Of a stretch of 10,882 nt of DNA, positions 7,737 to 10,882 are shown piece by piece. Origin of the DNA: Pseudomonadota bacterium (lineage in GTDB: Bacteria; UBA10199; 2-02-FULL-44-16; JBDRGF01); assembly GCA_043818055.1 (NCBI GenBank), contig JBDRGF010000057.1, forward strand, positions 1-10,882, written 5' to 3'. The notes beneath the pieces are model-generated. The model had not been told where the DNA came from. It did no database searches and saw nothing but the letters and a program-made list of their open reading frames with translations. Made by a program: the position numbers and the translations under genes. The number at the start of each line of letters is the position of its first letter. Position 1 is the stretch's first letter.

Positions 7737-7812
7737 GGCAGTTATTAGTGCGTAGTGTTTAGTGTGTGGTGAAAACTAAACACTACGCACTAAGCACTCT
7801 ACACTGCCTTTA
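7737..7812. repeat. Heptamer-array fold-back element, copy 2, abutting the tRNA 5' end
   Basis: Same ends as copy 1 (GGCAGTTAT...CACTGCCTTTA) and same TGAAAA centre; 4 forward + 4 reverse heptamers; perfect 19-bp stem 7745-7763/7775-7793. Confidence 0.9.
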
Positions 7813-7896
7813 GCGAGAGTGGCGGAATTGGCAGACGCGCAAGATTCAGGATCTTGTGGCCGTAAGGCTATAGGGGTTCAAGTCCCCTCTCTCGCA
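7813..7896 (+). tRNA. tRNA-Leu (anticodon CAG), CCA not encoded
   Basis: Acceptor stem GCGAGAG/CTCTCGC + discriminator A; D-arm TGGCGGAATTGGCAGACGC; anticodon arm CAAGA-TTCAGGA-TCTTG; long variable arm; T-arm AGGGG-TTCAAGT-CCCCT. Confidence 0.97.
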
Positions 7897-7906
7897 CATA
7901 TTTGTT

Positions 7907-7936
7907 GATTTGCGGTGATTACCATCGCCGGAAATC
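7907..7936 (+). terminator. Stem-loop downstream of the tRNA (possible terminator or processing hairpin)
   Basis: GATTT-G-CGGTGAT-tacc-ATCGCCG-G-AAATC; no strong U-tract follows. Confidence 0.4.
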
Positions 7937-8073
7937 TTACAACCATGGGTGCAGTTTTTAACAGACGCAACTTGTAATATATGATTACTACAATAGCAAT
8001 TGGCTAGAATCTTGGGTGTCTGAAATTTTAGTTTTTAAAAATTTTAGACCATGCACCTTAGCGAGCTTGGAAC

Positions 8074-8099
8074 GGGCTGACACAGGGGTCAGCCCCTAC
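8074..8099 (-). repeat. GTAG-family REP element
   Basis: Minus strand reads GTAG-GGGCTGAC-ccctgt-GTCAGCCC: GTAG tetranucleotide plus 8-bp perfect stem, the canonical REP architecture recognised by RAYT/TnpA(REP) nucleases. Confidence 0.8.
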
Positions 8100-8137
8100 A
8101 AAAATCAAAAGACACCTATTTCACAGCTAACTCAAAA

Positions 8138-10663
8138 GTGATTTTACTCGTGATAGATATTTTAAAAAAAATTTCCATTCTCACTTTTCGCTGGACAAAG
8201 GCGATAATCATCTTTCTTGTTACGCTCACCTTCGTGTTTCTTGCTGCGATCACTACTGCCTATTTCTATTTCTCCCAGGACCTTCCAAACATCAAATCGC
8301 TTCAGGATTATAAACCTCCTGTGATTAGCGAAGTCTTTGCCGCAAACGGCCAGAAGGTCGGCGAGTTTTGGGAGGAGTGCCGAATATTCACGGAATACGA
8401 TAAAATTCCAAATTTGGTCAAGCTGGCGTTCATCGATTCGGAAGACGCGAATTTTTTCTCACACAGGGGAGTTGATTTTCGTGCGATCGTCAGGGCTTTT
8501 ATCGCGAATATTCAGGCTGGAAAAATAAAAGAGGGAGGGAGCACCATAACCCAGCAACTCACACGCTCTCTGCTGCTCTCCAAGGAGAAGACCTATGCAC
8601 GAAAAATCAAAGAGGCTATTCTTGCAATCAGGCTTGAGAGGTCATTTGACAAGGAGCAGATCTTAACGCTCTACCTGAACCAGATATATCTCGGCAATCG
8701 TTCCTATGGCGTCGCTGCTGCCGCACGAAATTACTTTCATAAAGAGTTGGATGCTCTGACGATCGCTGAGATCGCGCTGATAGCAGGTTTGCCATCGGCA
8801 CCTCATGCTTATTCTCCTCTTATAAATCCAGCTGCAGCAAGAAGCAAACAACTCTACGTCATAAAAAGATTGCTCGAACAGGAGCACATCACAAAGGATG
8901 AAGCCAAAAAGAACATCGATGCCGCTCTTACATTATACAAAGCCCCTACAGACCAGGAATATAATCAACGAATTGCTCCATACTTTGTGGAACATGTAAG
9001 AAGAATAGTGAAGGATCAGTATGGGGACGATGAGCTATATCACAGGGGACTTAAGATTTACACGACATTGGATGTCCAAATGCAGGAGTTCGCAACTCAA
9101 GCTCTGCGCCACGGCGTAGAAGCTCTTGATCATAGACAGGGTTTCAGAGGGGTAAATCAAATAAAAGTTTTAGAGAAAAATCCATGGGACACGGCTTATT
9201 CATTTCCGCCTGGTAAAAGCATCGCAATTCTTCCTACACCATCTTACGCTGATAAACTGGATCTATTTGAAGCTACTGTGACAGGGTTCGACAACCAGAA
9301 TACCAAAATCCGCATTAAAGAGAACTTTGCAACAATAGAGCCTAGCGGTATCAAGTGGGCCAGGTCATTCAACACAAAGATGCGCGGCTACGAGGATGCT
9401 ACATATGTCCGCGACCCACGAAACATTTTAGCCATCGGAGACAGAGTATATGTGACAGTTGACGACAATGGAAAATACATTCTTTCGCAATGGCCAAAGG
9501 TACAGGGAGCACTCTTTGCAATGGAGCCATCCACCGGTTTCGTGAAGGCCATCGTCGGCGGCTATGATAATACGAGCGAATTCAACAGGGCTACCCAGGC
9601 GCTAAGGCAGCCGGGAAGCTCTTTTAAACCATTCGTCTATGCTGCTGCACTCGACAAGGGATATACATACAGCACTATCATCAACGATTCAGAGATCGAA
9701 TATGAAGAGAGTAAGGGTAAGATGTGGACTCCTAAAAATTATAGCAACAAATTCAAGGGTCCAACAACTTTTCACAACGCCCTCGTCTTTTCAAGAAATG
9801 TTCCGACGGTCAAGATCACTTTTGATATAGGGGTAAACTATCTGACAGCCTTCGCAAGAAAATTCGGATTCACTTCACAAATAGACAAATATCTCTCGAT
9901 GGCATTGGGAGCCAATGCCGTTTATCTGAACGAACTCGTCCCCGCCTACGCTGTATTTGCGAACAACGGCATATACAAGCCGCCCCTCTACATCACAAAG
10001 ATTGTCGACCGGTTTGGCACGACACTTGAGGAGAAAGAGTCACAGCCTAAAACTGCAAAGCCTGAAAATGTTGAAAACAACCTCGATCTCAACGATGAAC
10101 TCTTTTCAAGGGAGCTTCATCAAATTGAAGATGACGGCGTCGTCCTGTCAAATACGGAGATGAAAATTTTGTACGGAAAAGATATTCCAAAAGATCATGT
10201 TATAACTCCAAGGACCGCATATCTGACAACTCAATTGCTCACAGATGTTGTGAAATACGGCACGGGACAGAGGGTGAGGGCTTTGAAATTACCAGTCGCA
10301 GGGAAGACCGGCACAACTAATGATGAGACCGACGCCTGGTTTGTCGGATTCACGCCTAAACTCGCCGCCGGCGTGTGGCTCGGATTTGATGAACTCGTAC
10401 CCATCGGACGTGGCGAACAAGGCGGGCAAACAGCAGCACCTGTCTTTCTCGCTTTCATGCAGAAAGCTACATCCATACTGAAGGAGAATCCTGATTTCAA
10501 AGCACCTGATGATTTCCCTTCGGCAAATATCGCAACACTCACCGGCGGATCATCGCCATATGGCGCAAAGCCCAACCTCGAACTACCGGAAGAGGCCGGA
10601 GGAACTGACCGAGCAGGACAGTTCTTTGAAGAGGAACTGGAAGATATGGAAGCTCCGGAGTAA
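8138..10663 (+). CDS. mrcA: Class A penicillin-binding protein 1A (transglycosylase/transpeptidase)
   Basis: N-terminal TM anchor. GT51 motifs EDANFFSHRGVD, GGSTITQQL, RKIKE, KEQILTLYLNQIYLG. Probable OB-like insert. Transpeptidase motifs GSSFK (SxxK), SRN (SxN), KTG. Exact start uncertain. Confidence 0.95.
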   Translation: MILLVIDILKKISILTFRWTKAIIIFLVTLTFVFLAAITTAYFYFSQDLPNIKSLQDYKPPVISEVFAANGQKVGEFWEECRIFTEYDKIPNLVKLAFIDSEDANFFSHRGVDFRAIVRAFIANIQAGKIKEGGSTITQQLTRSLLLSKEKTYARKIKEAILAIRLERSFDKEQILTLYLNQIYLGNRSYGVAAAARNYFHKELDALTIAEIALIAGLPSAPHAYSPLINPAAARSKQLYVIKRLLEQEHITKDEAKKNIDAALTLYKAPTDQEYNQRIAPYFVEHVRRIVKDQYGDDELYHRGLKIYTTLDVQMQEFATQALRHGVEALDHRQGFRGVNQIKVLEKNPWDTAYSFPPGKSIAILPTPSYADKLDLFEATVTGFDNQNTKIRIKENFATIEPSGIKWARSFNTKMRGYEDATYVRDPRNILAIGDRVYVTVDDNGKYILSQWPKVQGALFAMEPSTGFVKAIVGGYDNTSEFNRATQALRQPGSSFKPFVYAAALDKGYTYSTIINDSEIEYEESKGKMWTPKNYSNKFKGPTTFHNALVFSRNVPTVKITFDIGVNYLTAFARKFGFTSQIDKYLSMALGANAVYLNELVPAYAVFANNGIYKPPLYITKIVDRFGTTLEEKESQPKTAKPENVENNLDLNDELFSRELHQIEDDGVVLSNTEMKILYGKDIPKDHVITPRTAYLTTQLLTDVVKYGTGQRVRALKLPVAGKTGTTNDETDAWFVGFTPKLAAGVWLGFDELVPIGRGEQGGQTAAPVFLAFMQKATSILKENPDFKAPDDFPSANIATLTGGSSPYGAKPNLELPEEAGGTDRAGQFFEEELEDMEAPE

Positions 10664-10675
10664 GATCAAAAAAGC

Positions 10676-10785
10676 CGTTACTGGTCGCTAGTCACTTGTC
10701 GCTGGTTGGTTACTAGCACAAGTAGTTTGCTAGCAACTAGACAACTAGTAACTCACTAGCGACTAGAGACCAACAACCAATAACG
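10676..10785. repeat. Heptamer-array fold-back element (CTRGTYR-type) between convergent genes
   Basis: 41-nt arms 10676-10716 and 10745-10785 are inverted repeats (32/41 by hand) made of 7-nt units CTGGTCG, CTAGTCA, CTTGTCG, CTGGTTG; A-run on the left, T-run on the right. Confidence 0.85.
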
Positions 10786-10821
10786 AGTTTTCCTATGTGC
10801 TACATGCGCCTTTAGATTTTA

Positions 10822-10882
10822 TTATTCCACCTGAATCAATACTTCGTCGATCTTATCCCCTCTTTCGATCTTTTCAACCACA
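10822..10882 (-). CDS. 3' end of a gene, probably cyclophilin-type peptidyl-prolyl isomerase (partial)
   Basis: Minus strand translates VVEKIERGDKIDEVLIQVE*, resembling the '..GMDVVDKI..GDKI..V.I' C-terminus of bacterial cyclophilins; only 19 residues are visible. Confidence 0.6.
   Translation of the reverse strand, partial: VVEKIERGDKIDEVLIQVE

Noticed and set aside
7402..7812. CRISPR array
   Set aside because: Units are 7-nt tandem repeats without unique spacers, the two long copies differ in length, and no cas genes are present.
5415..7896. Integrated prophage or island with att sites at tRNA-Leu
   Set aside because: No integrase and no duplicated tRNA fragment were seen, and the accessory block lies on the 5' side of the tRNA.
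10030..10200. Extra segment in the PBP1A transpeptidase domain as an intein or novel domain
   Set aside because: Only about 55 aa, with no intein motifs, in a region of known length variability in class A PBPs.
90..10691. Short alternative-frame and antisense ORFs in the track (e.g. 90-314, 841-1083, 2404-2718, 4048-4338, 5085-5396, 6234-6548, 6997-7251, 10231-10575, 10509-10691)
   Set aside because: All overlap well-supported genes and show no recognisable motifs; treated as shadow ORFs.

Overview
Bacterial chromosomal window with a housekeeping backbone: 5'-truncated uvrA, two tandem ApbE-like secreted proteins, a small acidic protein, carbamate kinase, tRNA-Leu(CAG), a class A PBP1A, and the 3' end of a probable cyclophilin on the minus strand. 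Between the carbamate kinase gene and the tRNA lies an accessory block. It holds an internally deleted AAA_14/DUF4143-type ATPase pseudogene that keeps a long inverted-repeat promoter/operator, and a 473-aa protein with a papain/NlpC-like Cys-His pair behind a sigma28-like promoter. The most striking signals are: (i) a family of fold-back elements built from 7-nt repeats, with fixed ends but variable unit numbers (7402-7495; 7737-7812, which abuts the tRNA 5' end; related 10676-10785; remnant 2244-2257); (ii) a translationally coupled pair of ApbE-like proteins that both appear to lack the flavin-transferase catalytic motifs; (iii) three different REP-like palindrome types. All family assignments come from motif recognition by eye; no searches were run.
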